Of a stretch of DNA of 64,000 nt, positions 1 through 14,434 are shown one piece after another. Origin of the DNA: Chrysomallon squamiferum. Lineage: Eukaryota > Animalia > Mollusca. The notes under the pieces are model-generated. The model was not told the DNA's origin. It ran no database searches and saw only the letters and a program-made list of their open reading frames with translations. Within the stretch, counting starts at the first letter, position 1; every line of letters starts with the position of its first letter. The translations under genes and the position numbers were made by a program. Where the stretch lies: contig CM022667.1 of the NCBI GenBank assembly GCA_012295275.1, forward strand, positions 15,996,001 through 16,060,000. Direction: 5' to 3'.

Positions 1-210
1 AGAACAAACACCATAAAACATCTGAAATATTATCATTGCCACCATGAACAACAGCTACACGAACAACAGTATCAACAGCATCAGCAACAAGAGCAGCAGC
101 AGAAACATGGAAATAGCACATTTAATTTATAGTCACTGTGATTAAGATTTTATGAAAAGTAAATTTTCATTGCCTTACATTGGTTTGTTCTGTTTTCTGA
201 TTCCTTACAG

Positions 211-2132
211 TCGCAAACAAGACAGAAGACATTAAGCCCAGTAATAATGTACCAGAACCTGATCTACGTCAACTGTCTGTGTGTTTACAACACACACTGC
301 ATAAGGAGTAAGTCTTTTCATTTGTGACCCTTTCCCAGAAAACTAGTCTTACCTCAAAGTTAGATGATAAACAACAGGGAAACAGAAATTGTCTTGGTAT
401 TACGTTATCAAAGAATTACTTTCTTTCTGAATCTAAACAGATTAGTATGACTATTAGTATCACTACTACAATGACTGCCACTGGCCTACTACTGCCATTA
501 CTGTTATCACTATCATCATCACTACCATTACCACTAAATACCATTGCTAATAGTGATAAAAATAACATTAACAGAACAGCTGTTGATATTTATGACTTCT
601 GATTTAGTATTAAATTATTATTATTATTATCATCATCACTATTTCTTTTTATTTCAGTGTTGTTACTGATGTAAAAATCTCACCTGATGGAAAAAATATC
701 TTTTCTGTATCACAAGGTAATTTACAGAAATTAAAAAAATATATATATATATATATAATATCTGCTTAATCTGTTATTATAATTATGTAGTGATAACCAA
801 TACTTACCATCACATTTGAAAATATACTATGTTTTTCATTTATTGATTTATTGATTTATTTACTTGTCAGACAGTTTGTTGAAGATGTACTCTCTGGAAG
901 AGCAGCGCCAGCTTCGAAGTGTAAACATGTCAAGTATGGTACGATTAACTGTTTAACACTTTGTACAAAGATGTATGTACTGAATGTGTATTTTGTATCA
1001 AGTACAATTATACTCTTTATTTAAGTAAATGTATTTGGGTTGTAAGCATGTGTGCATCTGCATATTTGAATGAATTACTCAATGTTCTTGTAGGAATCAT
1101 GAGTATCAGAATATGTTTATGTATTTGTATTACATAATAGAAGTGTGTGTGTGTATATCTGTGTGAGGTTCATACATGTATACATATATGCATGTATATG
1201 CACCTAATTATGTCTCTGTAAATATATATATATGTATGTATGTATGTATGTATTAGTCTTTATATACAGACTAACCTGATATCTACATACATGTATATGC
1301 ATGCAATTAATTATTAAAGAATGTAATTTTTAATACATTATCTGCTTCCATGTTTCAGGCATTGTCATCATGTTTTGTGATGCCTGATAACACAACAATC
1401 ATTGTGGGCTCCTGGGATAACAGTGTGTGAGTTACTTTTATGTTCTTTAACACTTTTTTCCTTGCTATTTCATAGTAAGCTGATATGTGTGTGAGAGATT
1501 TGTTTCACCATCATGCAAGAATGGGTAGTGTTATAATCTTTTGGGGATCTGAAATAACATAAAGGTTTAAAAAATCAAAACAGTCCGAATAATATTGACA
1601 GTTTCCTTATGTCATAAACCTTAACCAGTATTTACCATCATAAGTTAACATGTATATATACACCTGCATTCACATACTTATATTCATGTGTGCTTAGAAA
1701 TAACAAGTAAAATTAAATTCTGTTAATCCCTCTAAATTTAGCTGGAGTTTTCTTTTAAAAATAAACATTTGATAATACTTCTTATTTTCTTTTCTTTTTA
1801 ACATCTTCTCCTAACAGAGAATACTGCTGCAGATAATTGTCATCTTGCAACTGACAGCTTAACAAATTTAGAAATCTGTGCATTAGATTAGAACATTGCT
1901 GAGGTGCAGAGATGTCATACATATAATATCTGTTTGATATTTCAGGTATTTTTACAGTATAGAATATGGAAGAGTATTACACACACTTCTTGGACATGAT
2001 GATGCAGGTTCGCTTCTATTCTTTACATTGTACATCACATTACAGACATTTTCTAATCATGCTGCTTGTGATTAGTAAAATTTTAGTGCTCTTTGCATTG
2101 ACTAATATAAGAAAATACATATACATATGCAT

Positions 2133-2164
<32 letters not shown>

Positions 2165-2283
2165 TCATACCTGAACAAAACATTTACACTTTGTTTCAAA
2201 CCATTAGTCTTTGGATGCATTTTATTCTGTTGTTTTGTGTTAGTTTATCTCTTTAGCTAGCTTTATCTATTGTTTATTTTGCC

Positions 2284-2338
<55 letters not shown>

Positions 2339-5091
2339 TATTATTATTTTTCAGTATTGGTTTACTTCTTTAGCTGTGCATTTAGTTTATCTTATAGTCA
2401 GCTTATTTTATTATTATTATTTTTCAGTGTCAGACATAACTTGGTGTAATAATATGTTATATACTGCATCTTGGGATTCCACTGTTAAAGTATGAATGCA
2501 TATATTTATATCTTTTTTTGTTCTTTAATTTTGTTCCTTCACCTCTCTCTCTCCCCTCTCTCTCTACTTTCTCTCTCTGATTCTCTCTCTACCTTGCTTT
2601 CTTCCCAAATTTCTAACCATTTACTTTTCCCTACCATAATGTTTTTTATTTTTAATAATTTCTTTTTTTTTCCATTTTATATAATTCTTAGCTTTCTATA
2701 TTTATGTAGCTTTATTTCAAAATATTTCACAACAAAAAACAAATATAGATGCTCCACTTATTTTTTTCATGGTCCGTCACATACATTTTTAGACAGTCAA
2801 TTCAAATTGAGAGTAACTTATCCATTAATCCTTTATCTGTTATTGAATGCTTTTTTGAAGATATGGCAGTTTCCACAATGCCAGCCAGGAGAATCATTTG
2901 TCCCACCAGAATACTTTGTGAGTATAGACTGTTTTATTAATAATCAGGAGTTACATTAATTAAGTACACTAAAATGTTTTCATAAATTAGCATTTGAATT
3001 AAAAAAGTAAAATAAAAAATAAATACATACTGAAGAGGGTAAAAAGAATTAATAAAAATTTAAAGAATGTATAAAAAAATAGTTTTTAGATAGTATATGC
3101 AATTAATACATTTTAGTGAAATTACAAAAAAATGTCCATAAATGTTAAAAAAAAAATAGAGAAAACAACATAAGTGTTATTAATATTTTTATATGTCTTC
3201 TTTACAGTCACAGTTAGATCATGTCCTCTGTTTAGATAGCATATGCCATTTCTGCATTTTAGTGAAGTTAGAAAAACATTGTCATAAACTGAATAAAAGA
3301 CTCAAACAAAAAAAACAAAAAAAAATGACAAAAAACCCACATAAATGTTATTGATAGTTTTAATATTTTTGTATATCTTGTTTTTAGTCACAGTTAGATC
3401 ATGATTCTGGTGTCATGTGTCTTTGTCTTGATAATGAAAGTAGTATTCTCATAACTGGAACAAGGGAAGGACAACTCTGTGTTTGGGACCTCACTACTTT
3501 CTACATGACTGCTCAGCACACTGGTATTTTCTTCATTTTGTGTGATTGTTTCTTTTTTATTATTATTATTAGTAGTAGTAGTAATATATATGTGTTAAAA
3601 CATCAGTATAAATTACTAAATAAAAGCTGTTATTTTTCTGGGGTTTTTTGGTATTAATTATATTTATCTTATGAATAAATATTAACAGATTGTAACTCAC
3701 TTTATAATTATGTTGATTAAATTGATTTGCATCTCATTTCAGTTCATCATGGTAGAATAAATGCTGTGTTGTTAAGTTTAGGTAAGTATTTTGTGTCACT
3801 GAAATGTATAAAAGTTGACAACACTTCAGAACTCTCAGTATTAATGATATATAAAGGTACATGTTATAATCAGTTGTCATACTTTGTTATTAGGAAAGGT
3901 TGATTAATGTGAAAAAATAATTAAACTTAGGCCATCTGAAACTACATTTGAAATCAAATAATTCAGCAGAAGTAAACTTGCATTTTGAAAACATATTAAA
4001 ATGGATTTTCAATTTTTATTTCAGATTTACGAAGAATGTTATCTTCTGGAACAGATAACTACATAAAAGTTCTTGACACAGTTACTGGTACTGAAATATT
4101 TACAAAGGATGTGCAAGCTGAAATACTGTAAGAGTATTTGATATATATATATAAGTATTTAATGAGATCAGTGAGCAAATAAATATTAAAAAAAAAAAAA
4201 AATGAAAAATGTCAATGTAACTAAAGAAGTAAGTAAAAGCAATATATTTAAATAAATAAGTAAATTTAAAGTTTGTATGAATTTAAAGTAATGAAAAAAA
4301 CAAAATATTAATATTTAGAAAATGAATAATTAATAGTAATTATAAAATTGAAATAAAAATCATAATACATATAAAATTTCAGTGTGTTCAGATAAAGAAT
4401 AACTGTTAGTTGAACTAGTGCAGTTTAATAAATAAAATAATACCAGACCAGAAAATGACAGATATTATGATTATTTGTAGATGTTTATACTGGGCTGGTC
4501 ATTTTGTGGTGTCTGGTAACAGCTCTGGGTCTGTGCAGATATGGGACATGGATAAAGGTGTCATCCTCCACCAGATAAGAGCTCACAAAGGTAGATGATT
4601 ATTTAAAATAATAATAATAGTGGTAATCATTTTCAGGCTGCCTAATTCCTTTTACTGTTTTTGTTTTTGTGGATTTGTGGATTTTTGTTGTTCATCTTCT
4701 TCTTTTTCTTCTTATTATTATTGTTATTGTTATTGTTATTGTCCTTGTCATTATCATTATCATTATCATTATCATGATCACTGGCCCACTATTTCTTGAT
4801 TTTCACTGGACTGTATTTTAGTTCATTAGTTTACACTGTAAAGCACCCTTGACTGTATTTAATATACAGATATGGTATACAAATAATATACAAATAATAA
4901 TAATAACAATTTTAATATTATTATTATTATTATTATTAATATTTTATTATTATTATTATTATTAGATTATTAGATTTAATATTATATATTTTCACATTTC
5001 AGATGCTGTAACCAGTATACATGTAGGTCAGAATGGAACTCTTCTGTCAGGAGGGAGAGATAAAACTGTCAAACTGTGGAGGACTCACTGA
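211..5091 (+). CDS. NSMAF: Neutral sphingomyelinase activation-associated factor (FAN), C-terminal WD40 region; 5' part (BEACH domain) expected upstream of the window
   Basis: Phase-compatible GT-AG exons: 211-307, 658-716, 871-938, 1359-1426, 1946-2007, 2428-2489, 2861-2917, 3388-3523, 3743-3781, 4025-4127, 4481-4590, 5003-5091 (TGA). Translation: ...HTLHKDVVTDVKISPDGKNIFSVSQDSLLKMYSLEEQRQLRSVNMSSMALSSCFVMPDNTTIIVGSWDNSVYFYSIEYGRVLHTLLGHDDAVSDITWCNNMLYTASWDSTVKIW...LDHDSGV...LLSGGRDKTVKLWRTH*. This is collinear with the human FAN C-terminus as I recall it (LHKEAVT...SQDSTLKMFS...MALSSC...[29 protein letters not shown]...SASWDSTVKVW). Confidence 0.93.
3084..3403 (+). repeat. Diverged tandem duplication spanning an NSMAF intron 3' end and exon start
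   Basis: Two copies of TTTAGATAG.ATATGC.ATT...CATTTTAGTGAA.TTA...TAATATTTTT.TAT.TCTT.TTT..AG|TCACAGTTAGATCATG; acceptors at 3207 and 3387. Confidence 0.85.
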
Positions 5092-5223
5092 ACTGTTCAG
5101 AACAGCTGTGCACAAAATATTTTATATCCATAATAGAAAGAATAAATAGTGATACTGATCAAAAGAAATGCTCTGATTCAGTATTTAGTGAACTGACTAG
5201 AGGGTTACAGACTCAGTCCTAAA

Positions 5224-5445
5224 GACTGTAGCTTAGTGGTTAGAACTTTCAGCTGAGTACAAAGTGGTCATCATTGGATCCACAGTAAGTTAAATAGGCC
5301 ATTTCCCATTCCAAATATAATCCACCATTTGGGGCTATTTCCATTTATGCCAGAGCTTCACAAATACTTACAAGTGATAGTAGTTATGTCCTCTTCTCTC
5401 CTAGAAATGTGCATAAAAAAATACTTTGCAGCTAGTGAAGACAGA
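5224..5445 (+). mobile_element. Degraded tRNA-headed SINE-like element in the NSMAF 3' UTR
   Basis: A-box-like GTAGCTTAGTGGTTAGAAC, then GGGCTATTTCC..., and GTGCATAAAAAAATACTTTGCAGCTA, which matches the core of the copies at ~20.5k, ~22.1k and ~26.8k. Confidence 0.55.
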
Positions 5446-6366
5446 AAAATAATTATTGTCATTAAATTTACCAAATTTTAATTCTAACTTTCAGAAATTA
5501 CATTGCCTATTTAGCCTTGAGGATGTAGTAAGCTCCATTTCCCATTGTATTTTATTTGTTTATTGTTATTGTGCACCAATATCATTAAATGTATCAAATT
5601 TTTATTTTAACTTTCTCAGAATTCTAGTCTAGTCTTCAGAATACAGCAAGTTCTGTTTTTCATTTTTATAGTTTTCGTTTTTGTTATTTCACTATCTTAA
5701 CCTGATATTTATCAGCCATTAAAATAGGGCATTTTTATGAAATGTTAATCACAATACTGTAGTTTTGGGGGGTTTTTTTATAAATATATTTTGCTTAATG
5801 TCTTTTGATTGATTATTTGATTTTGCACTAATAAAGAAGTATGATGACAAAATTAAACCTGGGGAAAGCTGCCATATTGACTTCCTTCATCACATTTTGT
5901 GAGTAACATATAGTAAGACAACCGAAGTAACTGACGGATGTGACAATTTTCATTTTTTAATTTGTTACCTAGGCAGTTAGTTCAAATAGAATTCTGTGCT
6001 TTCAGTTATTCCTATTCATTCCAGAAATTAAGTAATTAAAATATCCTTAAAAGGCTTTGTCATTAAATATAACCAATACAGCGTAAGAAAAGGTTAAGCT
6101 AAATTCAATAGCTGTAATGGTCAGTAAAGATTCTCAGAAACTGAATTTATGTTTTATGAATGGGAATAGCATTTTCTGTATATAATTACATATAATATTG
6201 CAGTTTTTGCTGAATATATCAAATAATCATTTTCTTGCAAATCACTGCATGTGCCAAAATGTTATATATGAATATTATTTTTATATTCAACTAGATGTAT
6301 TATAAATGGCATAAATGTTTGTAGAATTATTTTTAAAATTATTTTATGGGATTTATATGGTGCTGT

Positions 6367-6406
6367 AATAAAAATTAAAAAAATAAAAACTTTATACATC
6401 AATAAA
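6367..6406 (+). terminator. Cluster of AATAAA poly(A) signals, probable NSMAF 3' end
   Basis: Three AATAAA within 40 bp, ~1.3 kb after the stop, followed by GT/T-rich sequence. Confidence 0.45.
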
Positions 6407-6517
6407 TTTTCTATTTTAAACATCACCAGGTATTTACTGTTTTTTTAAATGTGTGTTTGTAGTTTTAAATTTATGCCATCTTTTTCATGATTTTCATGCT
6501 GAATTTAATATCTGGTC

Positions 6518-6579
6518 ATTATAATTTTAAAATAAGAAGCATCTGGTAAACTAGATTCTTCTTATTTTAAAATTATAAT
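6518..6579. repeat. 29-bp inverted repeat (hairpin) with 4-nt loop
   Basis: ATTATAATTTTAAAATAAGAAGCATCTGG-TAAA-CTAGATTCTTCTTATTTTAAAATTATAAT; one mismatch and one G:T pair. Confidence 0.85.
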
Positions 6580-7272
6580 TATCAGTCATATTGATATTAT
6601 TTATTTATTTATATATTGTTTGTAAAAATAAAAATAAATGAAATTATTATTTTAACTGTATTAAAAATTGCGTTTCTAGGGAGTTTGTCTTCTGTGTTTG
6701 AGAAACCAGTCTTTGTTTTAGTTTTAATAGATTGTTACATTATGCGAATAAATATATTTTTCTGACAATCTGTACTATTTCCTTTGTCTAATTACAGATA
6801 TTGGGCTAAAAAGCAGAAAATAATTTCTGTTCAAACGTTTAAATTCATATTTAGTATTATCCATATTATATATGAATTGATTAAAAAAAAGAGAGGCATA
6901 CAAGGATTGTAAACAAATTACACATCTTGGTAGTAAGAGTAAATTATTCCATGGTTGCCTACTTTCAGACCATAAAGGTAATATTTTATTGTTAGAAACA
7001 GTTGGGCACCTACATCAAAATAATGAAATGAACCATATAAAACATATAAACTATGTGAACTAACCAATTTATAATATGAATAATTAGGACCATCTTCACT
7101 ACTGGAAATAGAAAAGAATCTTGCATTAGAATTTACTTCTGACTTCATGTACCATTTTAAATAAAAATAGAAACGTTTATGATATGTCTTCACTTTTTTA
7201 GGTATATAAATTGATCTGGTGTAATATTTAAAATATCTGAGTCATCTGAACAGTAATTAAAGTAAATATCAC

Positions 7273-7318
<46 letters not shown>

Positions 7319-7539
7319 TACAAACAGCTGTTCGTATTGTTTGGTTTGTTGTTTTTTTTCGTTTTTTAATTTTCAGTTTTTTCTTTGTTATCTATCTATA
7401 TATAGATATAGATATGTATGTACATGCGCGTGCGTGTGTGTCTCTGTAAGCTGTCTTATAACACATATATTTTCCTTAGGCATTAGCGAAGAATATAAAA
7501 TTATATATAGGTTAAAGCTCCTACTATAAGGAGGAAAAT

Positions 7540-7619
7540 AATATACGCACGAATGTATTTAGAATTTTCGTTTCCGGTTTAGGCTTGGTGCTTTTCGGTG
7601 TCTTGGGAAATTGGTAAGC
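7540..7619 (+). promoter_or_regulatory. Putative promoter and non-coding first exon (ends 7613)
   Basis: Local CpG cluster in otherwise CpG-poor DNA, ETS-like TTCCGG at 7572 and donor TTG|GTAAGC at 7614. Assignment to the + MARVEL gene is inference. Confidence 0.45.
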
Positions 7620-10600
7620 ATTTTGTTTTGCACTGATTCATTTCTGATAAATAATAAACAAATTTTTCACCATCATTTTCTGTGCAATGTTTATTTGTAA
7701 CCTATTGTTTGCAGCTGCAATAACCAAAACAGCCCCAACAACAACAGGATAGTTTAAATACCATAGCATAGGTATCTGTTCTAAAAATAGATTTGTGTAT
7801 CAGCTTAACATGATCTTTACAAGATGCAAACCGATAAAGATTAATGCAGTTGCACGAGCTGTTGAGTCGTCATTTATTTTGGTTCTGTGACAATTGATTT
7901 ACCGAAGCTAAAGTTGAGTATTGGTATCTGATTACCTATATGTAATGAACAGTACATTACTAGATCAGTACATGTAACATTGTAAGCAGATGGGATTACC
8001 GATTTACTCAGTTACTGAGTTACAGTGAGTACTCAGAGTAGCCTTTTATTTAAAATTTAAATAATATTTAAGGATAACGTTATTTCATGAATCCGAAATA
8101 TTTTTTCTGTGTACAGTTCATCCAATGTCAACAATTCGTGAAAGGTACAAAAGATTTCTGTTATAATTTATATACAAAGAATGAATTGTTTAGACAGATT
8201 TGTCATTTGTCAGTTCTCTCAGTTGTACACTCAAGGCATTTGTTAAATAACATGATAGATAATTAGGACCTCATGTTAGTGTCTGTTTTCATTAAAGTTG
8301 ATCAATTAGTCAGGTATTTTATTATGAATACTAATTGGTGTAAAACACCACACCATCACCATTGATTTGGTTGTGTTGTTAAAGGAATTAAGAATATCTC
8401 ATTTACACTTGTGTTAATTTCATAATCTGACAGCTTTAGAAGAAATATGATAACTAAATAACATGTAGATTAATACAAATATTATTTTGTTGTTAAGTCA
8501 TTTGTTAATTAAAAAACAATATATTTTATCATTCTATATTGAGATCAGGGAACTGGACCCATGGCTTAGATTTGCTTTTTTCCCACATACTGTTTAACAG
8601 ATTTTATTATTGTTATCTTATTTTTCAGTGATATGAATTTTTGTTTTTCTAATGTCATAAGTGCATTGCAAAAGAATAGTTAAGAAAATTATTTCTTGTT
8701 TGGGCATTTGGTCTTAAAATATTTTGACAGTTTCATATATTTACACTATTACCTATACCAGTTTTCCAGAATATCAGGAAAACATGGGTACATCATTATT
8801 ATGTACAATGAAAAACCAAGATACAAAGAATAAGAAATGTAAATAGCACAGATAGACACTATATTTTCACCACTCAACTTACACAAATATAATGTACCTG
8901 CAAACACTAAATGTATACTAAATAGCATACTGTACAAAATAAACAATAAAAATAAACATACAGTAAAAAAAAAGAAAAATAATAATAACAATAATAATAC
9001 AAACAAATAAATAAAAAAACTGATCAGAATTACTGTCATGATCTTCACTCTGTTTTCCTTCTGTCCAAAACAACATAAACTGTGAAACAGAAAGGATATT
9101 AACTGAACTGCCTCTTACTTCCAGCCAACATATGTATGAAACAGTGTACATGGAGAAATGTATAGCTGGGACCACTGTATAGGCCTACATGTTTTTAATG
9201 GTCAGAAACTGAGATTAGATTAGTTTATTGGTCAGAAACTGAGATTAGAAATTATTATAGAGGACCATGTATGATATATACTTTTCAGTAAATATTTGGT
9301 CAGTATAGCATCATGAATAGCTCTGCATATTTTAGAAATGGACTGTATACATTTTCTATCCATATCTTTTTACTAAAATCTGCAGGTCATTCTTGAAAAC
9401 CAAAATTGTGTTAAATTTATCACTGTTTATTACAGAATGAAGTTTTAAAAGTCCCAATTCTCTAAGTTTGACATCTTTTTGACATGTGAAGTGTCTCTTC
9501 TGATGAGTTTTGAGTTTCGTGCAGTTGTGCACATTTGTGCCCATTGTTAAGTATGAATCATTGAATGTGTATTTAGTTTGAGGTACAGCGTTAATATAGT
9601 TCAGGAAATAAAAAATTTGAATATGTTTTCTGACATTCTATTAGAATAATAATCAGTGATTCTTTTAAAAATATATATTAGCTAATGATTAAAACTGCTC
9701 ACTTTTGTTTTGTCATTATATATTCTTACATGTGATATTTGAATTTTTTGTTGTTGTTGTTTTTAATTTCTTCAAAGACAAAAGTAAGAACTAAAGTCCT
9801 TACTCCGTAAATCCCTTAAAAATCCCAAACAGACAACAACAACATTATCCTCTTAAGAATAACTATCCTTGTTTTTCAGCCACTTAAAACCCCCCAGATC
9901 TTTACAATCAATGAAACTAAAATTTTTGAAACTATTTAAACTCACTATTAGTATAATTATTTTTCTTTTACAAAACAGATAAAGCCAGAACCTGCCATTT
10001 TTATTGAATACTTTTCTACTTAACTTTTTACTTGTGCCTCACTGCAGACATACATTGTCTTTCTCTCAAAAAAATAAAGTTGTGTCACATGGTGTAAAAT
10101 ATGTGTTAATGTTACAGGAAAATGTTTTAGGTGAACCACTTTTTCAGAGGCCACACAAATGAAAACATATAAATCTGACAGCTTTCTTTATGTATCAAGC
10201 CGGATTCAAGGGCTCTTTGCCAAGAAATGGTTTCTGAGATACAATACACTAAGACTAATTGCTAGTATATGATTTAAGCCATTTGCAAGTCAGATTCTGA
10301 TTTAGTGAAATGTCCATTTTAAAATCTTCAAACCAGTTTGTTACTGAAGAAGCAGTATTCTGTTTCTTGATAATCAAAATTAACAGTTTTAATATTTAAT
10401 GTGTTACAAAACACTGTATTTTTTAACAACTGCATTATGTACCAAAATTGTTTTCTTGGAGGTATTTTTGAATATATTTATAATCCATTTTGTCATCTAT
10501 TTTTAATTTATGTGGGAGTATATTGCCTTCATATAACATTGGAGCTTTAATATGTTATAAGTCATAGTTATAATGTTTTTTATATTACAAAGGCTTCTAT

Positions 10601-10962
10601 ATAAAATACATAATGCTATTACACTGCCAATATCTGGGTCACCTAAACCAATAATGTTGTTCTGCTGTCTGGTGTAACTGCCTGTGAACATGACTAAAAT
10701 ATTTGCTTTTATTTTATACACAAAATGTATGAATAGTATTCATGTGCTGAGCCAAAACTAAAAAAACAAAAAACAAAACAAACAAAAACAACAATAATAA
10801 ACATTAACAGAAAGTAAATTCTGGCATGATATAATATGATATGTTCTTTTATTATATGTCATTTGTCACATAATGTAATAATTTCATTTATCATGGATCC
10901 AGGGCTGATGTTATTACATTGTCAGCATGTAATACAGTTATTTAAAATTAACACAATTTTAA

Positions 10963-10993
<31 letters not shown>

Positions 10994-11091
10994 ATCAAGG
11001 TAAAAGAATTAGGACTAGAATATATAATAATTTCTAATTTTAATATTTCAATCTTTTGTACATGCTTTGAATAAGTTCAACATAGGTAATA

Positions 11092-11129
<38 letters not shown>

Positions 11130-14100
11130 TCTGTCATGACTGAGTATAGATAAAAATAGAAATGTCCTATTTTTTTTTTTTTTTTTTTTTTTTTTTCATT
11201 TGAAAGTCTTGTAAATAATATACATAATGTTGTTATAATTGTTATCAATATCTAAGTCATTTCCTCAGCTAGGCACAAATGAGTTTTATATTTTTATGTT
11301 TTTTGCTGGTGAACACAGGCAACCAAGTTTGGAGTAGAATAAATAATAATAATATTTCCTGTTTTCTATATTTCAAAGGCTTGCACATAATATTTAAAAT
11401 ATTAAATAATATTATCAATTTCGAGAGCTCATTTGCTAGACAAATTATTTATTATTATTATCTTTTATTTGTATTTTTTCTGTATTTCAAAGAATTTTAC
11501 ATTATAATATCTATATGCATAATATTATATCTGGGTCATTGCTTCAGCTAGGCAAATACAATTTTTTTTTCTCTTTATTTGGTGACCACAGTAACTGTGT
11601 ATGGACTAGAATAAATAATGGACTATGTTGATTCTTATTGATCTTGAACAGATTCTGAGAGTGAACACAGATTGCTAATACTGAAAGGCAGGCAAGTTTT
11701 CCAAGTAATTTTGTGTAATCTGCTGTGAACAGATACAGTCTAATTACATTTCGTTTGCTTGTTTTTGTCATAATTACAGTCACTTTAGATACTGGTTTTT
11801 CCATAACTGATAAGGAAAAACTGTAATTTTGTTGTTTTTGTCAAAAATAATTGAAAATAAAGAAATTACAATTCATTTTATTTATTTTTTTAAACTTTTT
11901 TTTAATTTTTTAATTTTCCTTTTTATTTATTTTCTTTTCCTCTCCTTTTTTCTTCTTTTTTCTTCATTCTCTCAAGATTTAGGTAAGTTTTTTTTATTTT
12001 AATTGTTATATCTTGCCTCTGTTCTGATGGCATAATCTACTAACTGGATGTTTGTGTGCCTTTGCTTCTGTCATTCTCCTGGAATTTATCTGGGATAAAA
12101 CCCTCTTTTAATTGACAAGAGAAATTAAAAATAATAATTAAAATTATAAAACAGAGAAGAAAAGCATAAAAGAAATGATAATAATATAAAAGTTAAAATA
12201 AGTTACAGTATAAATTTCTTTTCATTCCTTACTTCTCTTGCACTCTCTTCCCTATCTGATTCTTTTTTCTGGTAATTACTGTTGAATCATAAATTTCAGT
12301 TCTTCTGTAATAGGGAGGTAGCTGCAAATTAGTTTTCTCTTGGTGTTTTTTTTTTTGGGGGGGGGGAATAATTTGATTTTTATAGTTTATTTTTTGCTAC
12401 ATCAAGAGCAAGTATCAGTAATTACATTTTTTATTTCTCTTATTGGATAGTTATATTTAATTTATTTAATAGTCTCTGTTAGAATTAGTAAGGAAAGGTA
12501 CTGATAAATTTTATTTAATTTGCATGAAAAATGAATAAAAACAAATCCACATGCTATCTAATGTTGATTAGTTTTTAAATGTATTTGACTTTCTTTTTCT
12601 TGTTAGGGTTGAATATATTTTAATTAATCTTTTGTATAGAACACTTCATGTGAGAAATCTGAATCTGAGATAAATATGCATGGGAAATTTAAAAGTTTGA
12701 TTTTCTATTTTCAATAAAATGGTTACAATTATCTTAATTTCAACTTTGTATAAGATCAAAACTAACAGTGCTACTGAATTGTTATTTTTTAAATTATTAA
12801 TATTAAAAATATTATTATTAGTATTATTATTATATGACTTTTGCATTTTGTTTAGATTGTTGTTTCTTTCCAGTATAATAAAGAATATAAAAAATTAACC
12901 CTGGCAACAGACAAAATAACCTCAGTTTACGAGAAAATTCCATATCTTCATTCTTAAAAAAATATTTGTGTTCTCTGTCATATGTTGTAATCTCTATTTC
13001 TGCATGCTCAAGAACTAGGCAATTACATAGTGTGCCAAGTAGGTTAATCTGTCTTTTCCAGTTGCTTATTCCCTGTTTCAGCATCATTTATGTTCGTCAT
13101 GATAAAAAAAAGTTTGTGTATGTGGGTTTTTTTTGTGAGGGGGTATTTGGTACATTTTTTGGCTCAAGCCATATAGCTTTGTTCATCAAAAATAATTTTC
13201 ATTCAGCAATAAATTGTGGTTTATAAATTGTGATGATATTGATCATAGTATACAATACTTTATCTTTCTTATTTCAACCTTTTTTCCATCTTTCTAGATG
13301 GTTATAAAACAGTTGTTTAAGAAGCAGATGCCTTCTACTTTTATGTACAGAAATACCAGCCAACACTCAAAGACAGGAACGCTTGTATTTGTTACTTGGA
13401 AACTAAAGACAAAAATAAGTTAGTACCTGGCTGTTACTTTTGAAGTAAAGAAACATACACAGAGTCAGTCAACACTCACATTATCAACATTGTGATAATT
13501 ATGATATGGAGAATTACACTTATTGCTGTTAAATCATAATCTGGATATATTTGTATGCAGTTTATTATTTTATGACAGTTTAGTTTAATAAATAACAGTT
13601 GTAAATTCAGTAAATGTGCAGTTTGAAATATTTTTGTATGACATATCTGTGACTGGTTTGTATAATGCTAGTATTATAACTGATATTCAGTGTGTGTGTG
13701 TGTGTGTGACTATATATTTGCATTTGTTTGAATGCATGTAGGTTATCATTTCAATTTGGCAGTGCTCCAGTTGTGATTATAATTTATATTTTTATGAACA
13801 GTTTTAATTTATTTTACCAAATTAAAAAAGATAATAATAATAAATAAATTTTAAAAACAACTTAAATATTAAATGTTCTTGGTCAAATTTAGTATTTGAT
13901 ACCATTGACAGGTTAAATACTTATTGTATTGGGAATATTACTGTAAAATTTCATGTCATTTGCTAACTACATTAAGAAACGAGAAGAAAAAATCCATATT
14001 TCAGTTTAAAACATGTTTGTAACACGTGTTTGTAATATGTAAATTCAGTGGTTTTGTATTTATAATTTTATTGACACTGGTAACAGGAATTCATGCATAA

Positions 14101-14376
14101 TCAGCTAAATGCACATGAACCAAAAAATGTGTGTGGGTGAAAGTGGTAGGACCACTTTCTTCTGTACACCTGCTCATACATTAACTTGTATATTACTCAA
14201 ATGGGATATCGCATGCACCATGCATAGTCCCCTACTTCATACCTGTTGTAGAAATAAAACATGAATTCAGCATAAGCCATGTATTGCATATGAACTGCAT
14301 GAGTGGTAAACTCAGCAGGCATTCATAATTACAGAAAAAATAAATTTTTGTAAAATTGCCAGTGATCTATAGATTT

Positions 14377-14434
<58 letters not shown>

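Noticed and set aside
5224-5290. tRNA gene
   Set aside because: Only an A-box-like remnant with no cloverleaf; it is the head of a SINE-like element.
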